In this document: positions 11,098 to 21,728 of the stretch, piece after piece
Layout of the letters: every line of letters starts with the position of its first letter
Position numbering within the stretch: position 1 is the first letter of the stretch
Source: Spongospora subterranea f. sp. subterranea
Taxonomy: Eukaryota
Length of the DNA stretch: 64,000 bases
Assembly: GCA_049724395.1 (NCBI GenBank)
Contig: JAUGWO010000124.1
Coordinates: forward strand, 1 to 64,000
Direction: 5' to 3'
Notes under the pieces: model-generated
What the model was told of the DNA's origin: nothing
Database searches by the model: none
Seen by the model: only the letters and a program-made list of their open reading frames with translations
Program-made: the position numbers and the translations under genes

Positions 11098-11277
11098 AGT
11101 CGGAAAAAGTGCGCGGCAATTTATCTGCATCATCGTGCATCACATCGATAAAAGTACATTCCCTGGAGTCGAGTAATCCTGCTTGACTCACGCAGTAGAT
11201 GAGGCCGTGGCGCACTTCATGGCATTAGGGGGTGATTAATCCTTATGCCCAAGGATTGATTATTCCCATATGCTACA

Positions 11278-11921
11278 AGCGCGTAAATACTCGCCAGCGA
11301 ATCTCCCCACAACTGCTGCAGCGAATTGGTCAAGGCAACCTGCCGCAGTGCTCTCTCCGATTCGAATATACTCGTCGCATGCATCTGCACCGGTTCCATA
11401 CGCCATTTGCCGAATCGCCGCGGTGACCTTTTGAATGGTGGACAATCCGGATTGGAGCAGAGCGTCTTTCTTCTGGTCGAAGTACTCGTCGAAATCTCGG
11501 ACGCCGTTGAGAACGCGTAGAAAAACTTCTCTCCTCATCCGAAAGCGTCGGCGAAACAACCTGTCATTGTAATTAGGGTTTTCCGAGAAGTAATCAGAGT
11601 AGATGCGGGCCGCACCCAGTGCTCGTCCACGTTCGACATTACGTTTTCGACCAACCCTTGAGCCCCCATGGCGAGAACCTAATTGTCCTGAACTGAACAT
11701 TTCATCGTCGGATGACAGAACAGCATCAATGATAGCATCGTTCTGATCCTCTTCGATAAACGACATTTGCAACCGGCGAAGCAGGTCCATGAAGATATAC
11801 GGATCGTTTTTGGGGATACCTCGCGGTGGACTTACGACACACTAACTGTCCCTATAAAAGGCCGCTCGAACATATTTAGGGATAGGGACTGTGAATTTGA
11901 GGATTTGCGGTGGAGATGCTC
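11278..11921 (-). mobile_element. PIF/Harbinger transposon 5' part (TIR plus transposase N-terminus)
   Basis: Terminus GAGCATCTCCA at 11921; ORF from 11790 with DYFSENP...FRRRFRM...AIRQMAYG...DEYIRIGESTA; truncated at the LTR end. Confidence 0.85.
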
Positions 11922-11981
11922 TCAACGGCTGGCTACGGCTTCAACTTGCCAGACATTCTCATCAGTCAATTATACTTTTGT

Positions 11982-12200
11982 TTAACACCACATATCTTGG
12001 ATCATCCATAACCGCAAGAACGGGATGTTCTCCGGTTTCACAAAGTCCATGGTGCAACCACTGAAATTGCTGTGCAGCCACTCCAAGACGTATACGCCGC
12101 AACTCGAAGTATCTCTCTGCGTCGTACAGAAAACTTCAATCGTTCCGTTGTTTAGATTGGAAAAAAAATGGCATAGATTCCGATCCGGGTCCTGATCTGG
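11982..12200 (-). pseudogene. Ulp1-like (C48) peptidase C-terminal remnant, TE-associated
   Basis: TQRDTSSCGVYVLEW...IPFLRLWM fits the Q-x-D-x-x-x-C-G motif. Confidence 0.65.
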
Positions 12201-12899
12201 CGCAACGAAGGTGGCCTTTCCCCTCTTTGATCCAATCTTGGAATTTCCGTGCCAGAGCAACAGTTTTCATCCATGAGTAAATATCATGCATTTCATGAAT
12301 TAGTTTTCTGAACTGAAATCAGTAACATTTGACAACTAAGACATGATGCCTCTACCTGGAATAAACTCCGAAACGTTCTAAAGAAACTGAGTAATGTTCA
12401 TCTGGAGTAAAACCTCCGGCCATCAAAATTTTGTGACACTTGTCTACCAGATTTTTTGGCAACAAATTCGATATCTGAAAAATAGTGTCGGAATGTAAAC
12501 AGCGATTTCATTCTTGGCCGAACCACACCAGGTGAAAAGTTGATCATCGACAGTCAATGGAGGGTGTCGACCCACCATTGATATTGAAGAATCCATCTGA
12601 GGGTTCCCACGCGAACAGATTGATGTACAGACCTCCACATGTTACAAAGTGTATATTTGAGGTGCCTGCGCGCAGTATCGATCAATTTTCGATCAATTGT
12701 ACAGGTGTACGACAGTGTTTTGCTCAGTGTATCCATAACGGGCTGCGCACAGTTTCGATCAATTTTCGATCAAAATGTATTCCTCCGACAGCTGGCCCAA
12801 TTAGAGTCATAACTCTCAGCCGTCGACTTCTGGCCCAACCGGAAAATAATGAGTCGGTCATATTCCAAGGTGCGGCAAAGGTCAGTTTAGCACTTTAGA

Positions 12900-14294
12900 C
12901 CAATGCCGGCTATATGAACTTGACTATATATGGTTCTAGATCAATCCAGGACCTGCTATGAATCCAGTTTTTGCAAAATTATTATGTGGATGGCCCGTCG
13001 AACAAACAGCTGCTGACTTGGGCAATCTATAGTTCAATAATCACTGGATGTTGATATCCATCGACCTTATGATGCGATAATTTTCCTGTATGATTCACTG
13101 AGATCGGCAACGTTTCAAGACAAATTACAGGAGGTGAATACGCTCTGTATACAGCCATAGTTTTTTAACATTTTCTCTGATCACGATTGGGAAACCGCAA
13201 GCCTGACGGTCCGCTTTAAAGGGATCCTTTGAGCTGTGATTTGTTCATTTCGACAATGGCTGCTGTTCAGGCAGATCGGTCCACCTTGCCGGATGAACTG
13301 TCCGAGTCCGAACTCGACCTGATAACGATCCATTGCCTTTTGAAATAATTCAATAAACTCATGAGCAAATGCGTTTCCAATATTTTTCAAGCACGTAAAG
13401 ATAGACATCGATGTTTCGACGGCCATCCGCATAATAGTTTCAATTAACACTGAATTCGTAGCAGGTCCTGGATTGGTCCAAGACCATATATAGTCAAGTT
13501 CATATAGCCGGCATTGCTCATGAATGTATTGAATCAACTCAAAACGGCAATGGATCTTTGTCAGGTCGAGTTCAGAGTTCAGACTCGGACAGTTCATCCG
13601 GCAAGGTGGACTGATCTGCCTGAGCAGCAGCCATTATGAAAATGAACTAACAACACTAAAAGAATCCCTTTGAAGCGGACCGTCAGGCATTGCGGTTTCC
13701 CAATTGTGATAAGGGAAAATGTCAAAAAGCCATGGCTGTATACAGAGCATTTTCACCTCCTGTAAGTTGTCTTGAAACGTTGCCGATCTCAGTGGATCAG
13801 AGGAAACCATCGCATCATAAGGTCGATGGATATCAACATCCAGTGAGTATTGAACTAGAGATTGACTACAGCTGTTTGTTGAAATGACGCGAAAACACAA
13901 TCAAAGATAGGACAAAGAATAAGCTTGAATGAAGTGTCGACCGCATGAGGAAACGGGATAGGGTGACTGTCTCGGCAGACGTCAGACGATAGAGCTAACA
14001 CGTGAGGATGGTATGTTCGGAAACATGAGAACACCGCATCGATGGAAAAATTATCGAGACCCTGTTTTTCCGGAGCCTGAACATCAAGTCGCCCGAGTTG
14101 AGGCCACGCCACAGTTTCATGGAATTGAGTGGCGACAATATTTGGTCGAGAACTTGAATTTCCATGTTTCGGAGTGAAGGACTCATCAACCTTCTTGTTG
14201 CGTAGATGCCGGTTTCATGCTCAGGCAAGAGGAGACAAGTAATGAATTCGTGGGCAGCAGGGGCTATTTGCAGCGCAATGTGTAGAACAGTCAT
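12900..14294 (-). pseudogene. Degenerate Ulp1-like peptidase with a diverged inverted partial copy
   Basis: Minus strand reads LDNFSIDAVF...VVNL/NTHWMLISIDL; the plus copy has YDSL. 13001-13330 is the inverse of ~13550-13881, and 12901-12968 the inverse of 13449-13516. Confidence 0.6.
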
Positions 14295-14789
14295 GGGATT
14301 ATATTACATCACTAACAGCAGGTTCAGGGTTGAACGAGAAAACAGATTATTAACTAAGCAACCATGCTGCTTACAATAAAAAAAATGCAAGAAACGTCTG
14401 ACGAAATTTGAACACAATGCCAACAATCCTCCATAATAACTGTGGGTGGACCTTGGGTTGAATGCTTGATTTGATAAAAATTCAGATTAAACTCTGAGCC
14501 AAGTCCACAACAGACTGATGAAGGACGAATGAATCATCCTGACAAAGCAACGAGATTAGTAAGCCATAACATTAAACCAACATCCTGTGCCTGTTCAAGA
14601 AGCTGATGCTGATTATGCCCCACTAAACAGCAACTTGCTCTAGCATCGTCGCTGGGTTTGACCATTGTATCAAGCCGCGACTGAAACTGTAGCAAGGAAC
14701 AATTCCTCAAACTGTCTGCAAGGGCGGGATGCTAATGGTGGAGACGACCGTCAAAGGTTCGCTGTCAGGAAATTCTTTGGAATAATCGA

Positions 14790-15383
14790 ATCACACGTTG
14801 ATGGTGACCTTTGCTCTGTCACCGGAATAATGGCATCAAAAATTTCTGATGACGATGGTCTGCTGGAGTCAACAAGTTCGACCTCTAGAAGTACAAAACA
14901 TGAAAAATTTCAATGAATAATTGATATCATACCGGCATACGGTGATGGAGACCTTTGCTCTGTCACCGGAATAATGACATGAAAATATGGTTTGCTGAAA
15001 TCAACATTGACAAATCATATTTGCTGGCGCCGCCGAGGGAGCACGTTTTACCAGGCCGGCAGCACACTCATACAACAAATCGCGCTCCTGCAGCAGTTCG
15101 GCAGCGAAAAGCAACGCGTGGGCGGCAAGCACTGTTCGCAATGCGCCAGGAATGGGATTTTATCTACAGACGGATATCGTTCAGGAGGAAGGTGTCCTTT
15201 CTTTTATCAATCATCTCAGGCGGTATCATCGGGTTCACTGTCTGCCGGTATTTTTTCCAATTATTCCATGTAAATATTCTAACGTCCTGTACTTCTAGAG
15301 TTCGAACTTGTTGATTCCAGTAAACCATATTTTGATGACATTATACCGATGACAGAGCAAAGGTCTTCATTACCGTGTGTCGG
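14790..15383. repeat. Fold-back structure of ~145-bp units
   Basis: GACCTTTGCTCTGTCACCGGAATAATG occurs twice on + (~14806, ~14950) and inverted near 15335-15365; flanking homology extends the match. Confidence 0.8.
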
Positions 15384-15406
15384 CGTCTGTTGTCCAGAGT
15401 TTCTAA

Positions 15407-15501
15407 GTTCTAATACAGAATTGTTATCCACCGATCTAGGAACACAGAATTGTCATCCACCAATCTAGGTAGATCGGTGCATAACAATTCTGTATTAGAA
15501 C
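15407..15501. mobile_element. 95-bp Tourist/Harbinger-type MITE
   Basis: ~32-bp TIR GTTCTAATACAGAATTGTTAT(C/G)CACCGATCTA; TAA on both flanks (15404-15406, 15502-15504). Confidence 0.7.
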
Positions 15502-15509
15502 TAAAAAAC

Positions 15510-17229
15510 GGGCCACTAGAAAAGACTGGATCAAAAAGCTGGATCAAAAAGTGCGTGCCAGTCTTTGAATCCAGTCTTTTCTGTCCTACAGAAAAGACTG
15601 GATTCAAATCACCAGTCATGACGTTCAAAAGACTGGATTCAATCATTCGAATTAAATCAGAGGCCCCGCCATACAAATGACTGGTGGAGGCCGTAGTTCA
15701 GCAATACGACTTTGGCTCGTTTGTGGACCCCAAAGGTTTAACGAGGTTGGCAGGTTTATGGGTTGTTGGGGTTACGGGTTTAAGAGGTGGCAGCTTGGGG
15801 TTTAGGACAGTGTAAAAGACCCTAAGAGGTGGCAGCTTAGCGAAGACTCGTCCAGGCTTCAACTCGTCCAAGTGGCACTCGAGAAATTGAAACGCTTAGA
15901 CAAGTTAATCAAATATCGGGCAAACTCTGCAGAAGGCTGGACACTCTGGACGGTTCTATGCCGTTGTTCAAAACTTGATGAAAGGGCTGATATCGCAGTC
16001 GACTTCTTCGTCCGTCGATTCAGATTATTTTCGTTTGCAAGTTGTTGAAATTATTTTATAAGTTTTAGGACAAGATTTTGATCTCCTGGTGTGGCCCGTC
16101 TGTAGGCAATTGGAACAAGTAATGAACGTCTCTTTGCACACCTTCGCAACGACCGCTGTATTTGCCCTTTCATTCGGTTTGTAACGGCAACAAAACTGTT
16201 CAAGTTATTCACCGTTTCTGTGGGAGAATAAAAAACAGATTCAACGAGCAATCTACGTACAGAGCAAACCTTGAAACAAGCAAATAAACATTCCAATAAA
16301 GACGTGATGTAGCACGTATTATTGTCATGGCCATAGCTTTGATACGTAGTCAGTGCATTTCTATTAATGTTACGACTTCCTTTAGGGCGACCTAATTTAG
16401 CTTTTACTATATTGTCCGGGCCAACTAATTCCTTAGAAGTGTCAGGGGCTCGCCCGTCATTGGCAAGCATTCCTGCCGGATAATAGTTTCACCACAGCCG
16501 TTCCGACAACTATCGATTAGTTCAGCATTATGAAAAGAAAGACCAGAAAAATACCTGATGTTGAAATCATTGAGGTCGTTCTGCTTCGGCCTTAACGCTG
16601 AGACACGACAAGCAGAGGTCGGCAGAGAACAAAAAAGAACCCCGACACATCTTTTTGCAACAAAACGCACGCCCTTGCCAATCTGGAGAGACCTTGTGCT
16701 CTGTAACTGCCACCGGGAATAGCAATTAAGTAGATTGGGCATGTCCTTAATGTTTTCAAACCGGTATACATCAGGTGACAGTGGGTATCCCGATGAATCA
16801 ATTTCGTGATCAGTGTGATTGTGAGGAGTTAAATCGAAATCGTCAGAGTCATCAATTGCCCATGTGGACTGCGCGCGCCGCATTTGTTGTAAAGGGAAGT
16901 TGGAGGCAGGCATGAGTATTAAGGTCTCGGGATGTGATTATACAAGCTCTTGCTACCAAGTCTGATCAAATTGTGGAATGCGGGAAGTCCCGGAGCCGCA
17001 CGGTCGCACCGCACCGTCCGGTAACCCTGTTCATTCACTTCGCAGAAAATCCTTTGAGTCATTTGTATGGCGGGGCCTCTGATTTAATTCGAATGATTGA
17101 ATCCAGTCTTTTGAACGTCATGACTGGTGATTTGAATCCAGTCTTTTCTGTAGGACAGAAAAGACTGGATTCAAAGACTGGCACGCACTTTTTGATCCAG
17201 CTTTTTGATCCAGTCAATTCTGTAGGCCC
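15510..17229 (-). mobile_element. Mutator-like element (MULE), internally deleted
   Basis: 173-bp TIRs (15510-15682, 17057-17229) starting GGGCC; 9-bp TSD CTAAAAAAC (15501-15509, 17230-17238); internal ORFs 16425-16913 and 16051-16470. Confidence 0.92.
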
Positions 17230-17239
17230 CTAAAAAACT

Positions 17240-18724
17240 CCCTCCTTTCATGTGGAGAAACTTCAGAATGTTTTCAAATTTCCTGTCGCCTTTCTATAGA
17301 AGATTCTTGACATGAGTTGGACATTCGCCCAACAATGATCGAGTGGCTCAAAGGTTTCAAATTCTTGGGTGTAATTGAACCATCTAATCAATAAAACCCA
17401 TGATCCGTCTTTCTCCCGACGAACATCCATGATGTCTTGAACTTCGAAACCCGTGCTATAATGGGTTATTTGAGCTAAGGTTGGTAGTTACGTCCAAAGA
17501 CGAATCCGCATAAGACTTAAGGCGTTGCCAAATGCACATCAGAGACTTGTCTGGTAATCAGATCTTTCATTTGAAAAACAAAGTCGGATACTGCTCCCTT
17601 GAACGGTGCAGGCCCATGCCATTTGAAGTTTTAACTTGCCACCCAACTGACGTTTGTGGCATAGCGTAAAGTAAAAAAAAACACTCACCTACCGCAAAAT
17701 TAACCTTTGGGGCACGCTGAATGTCGCCGTCGTGTTTCTTCTCGAACACGGGAGACTTCACGATGCATATCAGCAAAACTGTTTCTTAGCTTAGCAATAT
17801 GATCCACTAAATCTTCTGTTGATAGTCAGACGTGTAGAACTTTCGACCTGTTCGGGGGCCAGATTGCATCTAATGGAGACGATGGCACTCTGCCCGAAAA
17901 CAACGTTATTGGAGCAAAAGGTCCTAATCTTGCCACGCGTTGCAAAAACCAAATGACGGTGAGACCGAGTTATTCAGAGAAAAACGAACCAACGGCAGGA
18001 GTGTAGGCCATTCTTTGCGATTAATTCACATTTCCGAGCATAAGCTCCTTAACATTGACAAAACGTGATAATTTGCCGTCTCAACGCCACCATGAGACCA
18101 CGGCGTGTATTCCTAAAAGTAAATGATGGTTAGTATGTAATGTCAAACATAGTTCTTCGATCACACAATTCAGAAATGAAATCCTCGATAGGAAACCCAA
18201 ATTTCAACGATTCCGAACCTCGTGAGCCAGTCCAATAAAGAGGAAGCTGTGTGCATTGCAGTGGGCTCGATTGCCGGGAAAAGATCAATGTAACCGGAAA
18301 ATCGATCTCTTTCTACATGAACCTGTTTGAACATTAAACGAAACGATCCCATGAACAAATAGTCGAAATCCATTATGCTGTTCGGACGGGTTGCTTCTGC
18401 AGATGCGCCAAATGCTCGTGGAATATGCTCTCCTAGTTTTCCCGGGGAAAACAGTGCAGATATTTATCCACAAACCCAAACGTATCCTTTTAGTGCTTGA
18501 TAAGTTGAGCGCCGTTCACGATGACCTGCCGAGCTACAATGGGCTATAATCATTGATCGGAGTTGCAAGTGGGCGTCGTCCCTGATGGTAGCCAACTCCA
18601 TCCATCCATTGACTTCAGCTTCAATGAGCTTCATTCGATGCGTATCCTTGTTGATAATCTGACTAAAAATGAAGCTGCAAATACGGCAAGTTCGCCGCAT
18701 TTTGATGGAACTTAGTAAGGTCAA
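17240..18724 (-). pseudogene. Decayed Gypsy integrase/chromodomain
   Basis: MIIAHCSSAGHR, DFDYLFMG, LLDWLTRFG; chromodomain-like FEVQDIMDVR...LIRW; purine tract near 17240-17250. Confidence 0.75.
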
Positions 18725-19395
18725 CAGTAGAATCTGTTATACGGTCGGTGGCAGGTTTCAATCAATTATAAGCGAGTATCATTCACATAACGTTTTTAGC
18801 TTAAAAGTGTCCGATCGACAGTTCACCTCAGTTCCGAATGTGAAACAAATTGCGCTCGCAATATGTAACTGCGCGACAGTGAGAACCTGGGCCTGTTCGC
18901 ACATGCGGACTTGGGTTGGAGTGACCTGTCATCTGCTATAATCTTTTCGCGTTGGTGATTCTTGCTTTTGTTCGTTGCTGGTTCAGTTCACATCTGTTGT
19001 TTGAAACGAATTGTTGTGCTATTTGTACTAATATAATGAATGGATATCATCAGTGAGTGCAATTCATGTTTACCAAATCAACTTAGTCAATAGTTTTTCA
19101 GTTGTCCTGCGTGCGGTCGACCAGTTCACCCGTTTTGCGGCAAACCATACGAAAATGATGATGAAGGATATGGCCAGCGCATCTGGTGCTCCTCGTCAGG
19201 AGAATGTTTGCTGTCAAGTGAACAGCAGGATGAGTCCGACTGAGATGTCTTGTCTTCTGAGTCAGTCTCTTCTGGTGATCAGCATGCGTCCGATGAAGCT
19301 CCTATAACTGTTTCTAACGCAAATACACGCCGTAAACCAAGTCGTCAAGTGGGAATAGGCCCCAAATCTGGCAAAAGCATCTGAGCGCACCTCAA

Positions 19396-21450
19396 ATGAC
19401 CCAGCTGAAACTTGCTGAATGGGCCAAACAGGAAATCCAGCTACATAAGCTGACCCAAGCTACCATTTCTACAAATCTGAAGGATTTTCGCAGCGCATCG
19501 TATGGCGGTGGTGATCTTTCCAATGAACAAGTTAAAACAATCTTTCGAAAAGAGCAAAGAATGCGGAATGAGCCAGAAAAATCTTGCAGGTTGGGCGAAA
19601 CAAAAGTTCAATCTCCAAAAAGCACCCTGTCAAGCGACGATTTCGAACATAATCAACAACAAACGTGGTATTTCGGACTCGTTGGGTGATAAAGAACGTA
19701 GTCTAAAGCGCAAACATGTTTTCAGGTCGCCAGAGTTGGACAACATTCTGGTTGAATGGATTCTGCAACGCCAACAAAACCGAGTTTCTTTGACTTGGCA
19801 ACTGATACGAAGAAAGGCTCACGATTTTCGCTAAACAGTTGAAGCTGCGGCAGGACCAGCGCCCAACGTTTTCCGATGGTTGGTTGGAAAAATTTCTACA
19901 TCGTCATGGACTTCAAACAATTGTTCAGTGGGTGAAAGTGGTCTGCAGACGCTGCCGCGATCGAATCTGCTTTGCCTGACCTTTAATCCGCAATTAGACA
20001 GTACTCTCGCACCGGACCGGACGATTGCGTCCAAACAGCTTGAGGGTTTGAAAAAGGATAAAACTCGAATGAGTATTGCGCTGTGTGCCAATGCAGATGC
20101 CAGCGAAAAACTGAATCTCATGATAATTGGGCATGCAGGAAAACCTAGAGCTTTCAACAAACAATCCGGACAACAGTTGGGATTTTACTACCGCCACAAC
20201 CGAAAGGCATGGATGACCACCATTCTCTTTCAGGAGTGGCTTCAGGGGTTCGATACCAGAATGAAAAGGCAACGTCCTTCTTCTATTGGATAATGCTCCA
20301 ACGCATATGGTCACGAACATGGAGCTTTCAAACGTTAAGGTGTTGTTCGTACCGTCAAACACCACGTCGCGGAACCAGCCAATGAATGCCAGCATCATTG
20401 CTGCTTTTAACAAACGATACCGATCGTTCCCTTTGGCAAATGCAGTAGATCGAGATGCCGCTGGGGAACAGAATCTCTATAAAGTGGACATCCTCAAAGC
20501 GATGAGATGGTGCCGAGCAGCTTGGAATTCCATGACGCATGACACTATTGCAAACTGCTGGCGTCACAATGGCTTGATGGCTGCACCAGCTACGTCATCA
20601 GACGATATTGAGGTCAATGAGCTCCTTTTATCGCAAATCGCCGAGCTAAAAATCTCTTCGCCTTTGTCAATGGAAGAGATGGTATCTCACGAATGCCAGT
20701 CGTTAGTGCACAATCAAAACTGATCAAGAGCTCGTGGAATTGTTCTATGAAGCTCCTGAGGATCAAGCTGAACGTTCTGATATAAATGAACAACATTTTG
20801 AGGTCTCAACCGAAGCCTATATTAACGCACTCAAACTTACCTTGAACCTTCTGGTTGACGAGCCTCAAGAGAATGAAATTGGCATTCGTCAAGTTCGTAA
20901 AAATTTTGTTCCGTCTCAGCAAGGAGCAGTCGTCAAAACAGATAGAAGATCTTTAAACAGAGCGACATTCGCTTATACTGTACTCTGCTGGTTTAAAACA
21001 GAAATGCCTGATCCTCAGGAGTTTCACAAAACAATTCCACGAGCTCTTGATAGGTAACCTGATTGTACTTTAAGGACTGGAAACATTCGTGAGATGCTGT
21101 CCCTTCCATTGACAAAGGCGAAAGAGATGTTTAGCTTGGCCATATGAAATAAGAGGAGCTCATCGACCTGATTATCGTCTGATGAAGCAGCTCGTGCAGC
21201 CATCAAGCCAGTGTGATGCCAGCAGTTTGCAATACAGGTACTGTATACGGGATCTCAAACAGAGCAGGTTTATAAAGTTTAAGAGATTACTATAAATTAT
21301 AAGCCATAGAACGCAATCGGTGGACGCCATTTATATCAATTATAAGCGAGCATTAGTAATAAGAGCTTTATTTATAAGAGATTCTACTGAACTTTCTATC
21401 AATTATAAGCGAGTATCAAAAATAAAAAGGGCATTTATAAGAGTCTACTG
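19396..21450 (+). mobile_element. pogo/Tigger-like (CENP-B HTH + DDE_1) transposon remnant
   Basis: LAEWAKQ...QATIS HTH (twice), PELDNILVEW, CANADASEKL, KAWMT, DNAPTH, PSNTTS; terminal-like ...TCTACTG at 21389 and 21450 (the latter followed by TA). Confidence 0.85.
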
Positions 21451-21728
21451 TATAAGTAGATGTGATTTCGGTATTACGGGTCCTAATACACATGGTCGTG
21501 CATTTACTTGAAATTCGAGGTTTCTCTTGCAGCACTCCCAGCAGCACATTTTACAAGAGAAATTTATTGTCTTTAGTACGGTTTGATAGTATTAGACTCA
21601 CACTTGATCTCTGTGAGCGTTATTGAAGAGTACCTGAAGATGCACTAAAGTGCTTGCTGACACGGCTCCTCATAAACCTGTCCATTTTTCCAGCATTGGT
21701 TTGCGATTTTCACGCTTCCAACAGAAAC

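Larger units (their letters stand above)
8166..11218 (+). mobile_element. Crypton-like tyrosine-recombinase DNA transposon (boundaries inferred)
   Basis: Single YR gene, no TIRs, direct repeat CGCACTTC at 8166-8173 and 11211-11218. Removing it rebuilds a 144-bp TG...CA LTR. Confidence 0.6.
4284..11277 (-). mobile_element. Second Ty3/Gypsy element: 5' LTR (split), gag-pol, truncated integrase
   Basis: Gag-pol ORF 4965-8030; integrase ORF to ~4284; LTR termini TGTAGC (8089) and GCTACA (11277). It interrupts the Harbinger ORF at 11277. Confidence 0.75.

Noticed and set aside
15410..15680. ORFs sharing YGGASDLIRMIESS with 16934-17233
   Set aside because: They are translations of the MULE terminal inverted repeats.
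15720..15840. Telomere-like G/T-rich tract
   Set aside because: No regular telomeric unit; it lies inside the MULE.
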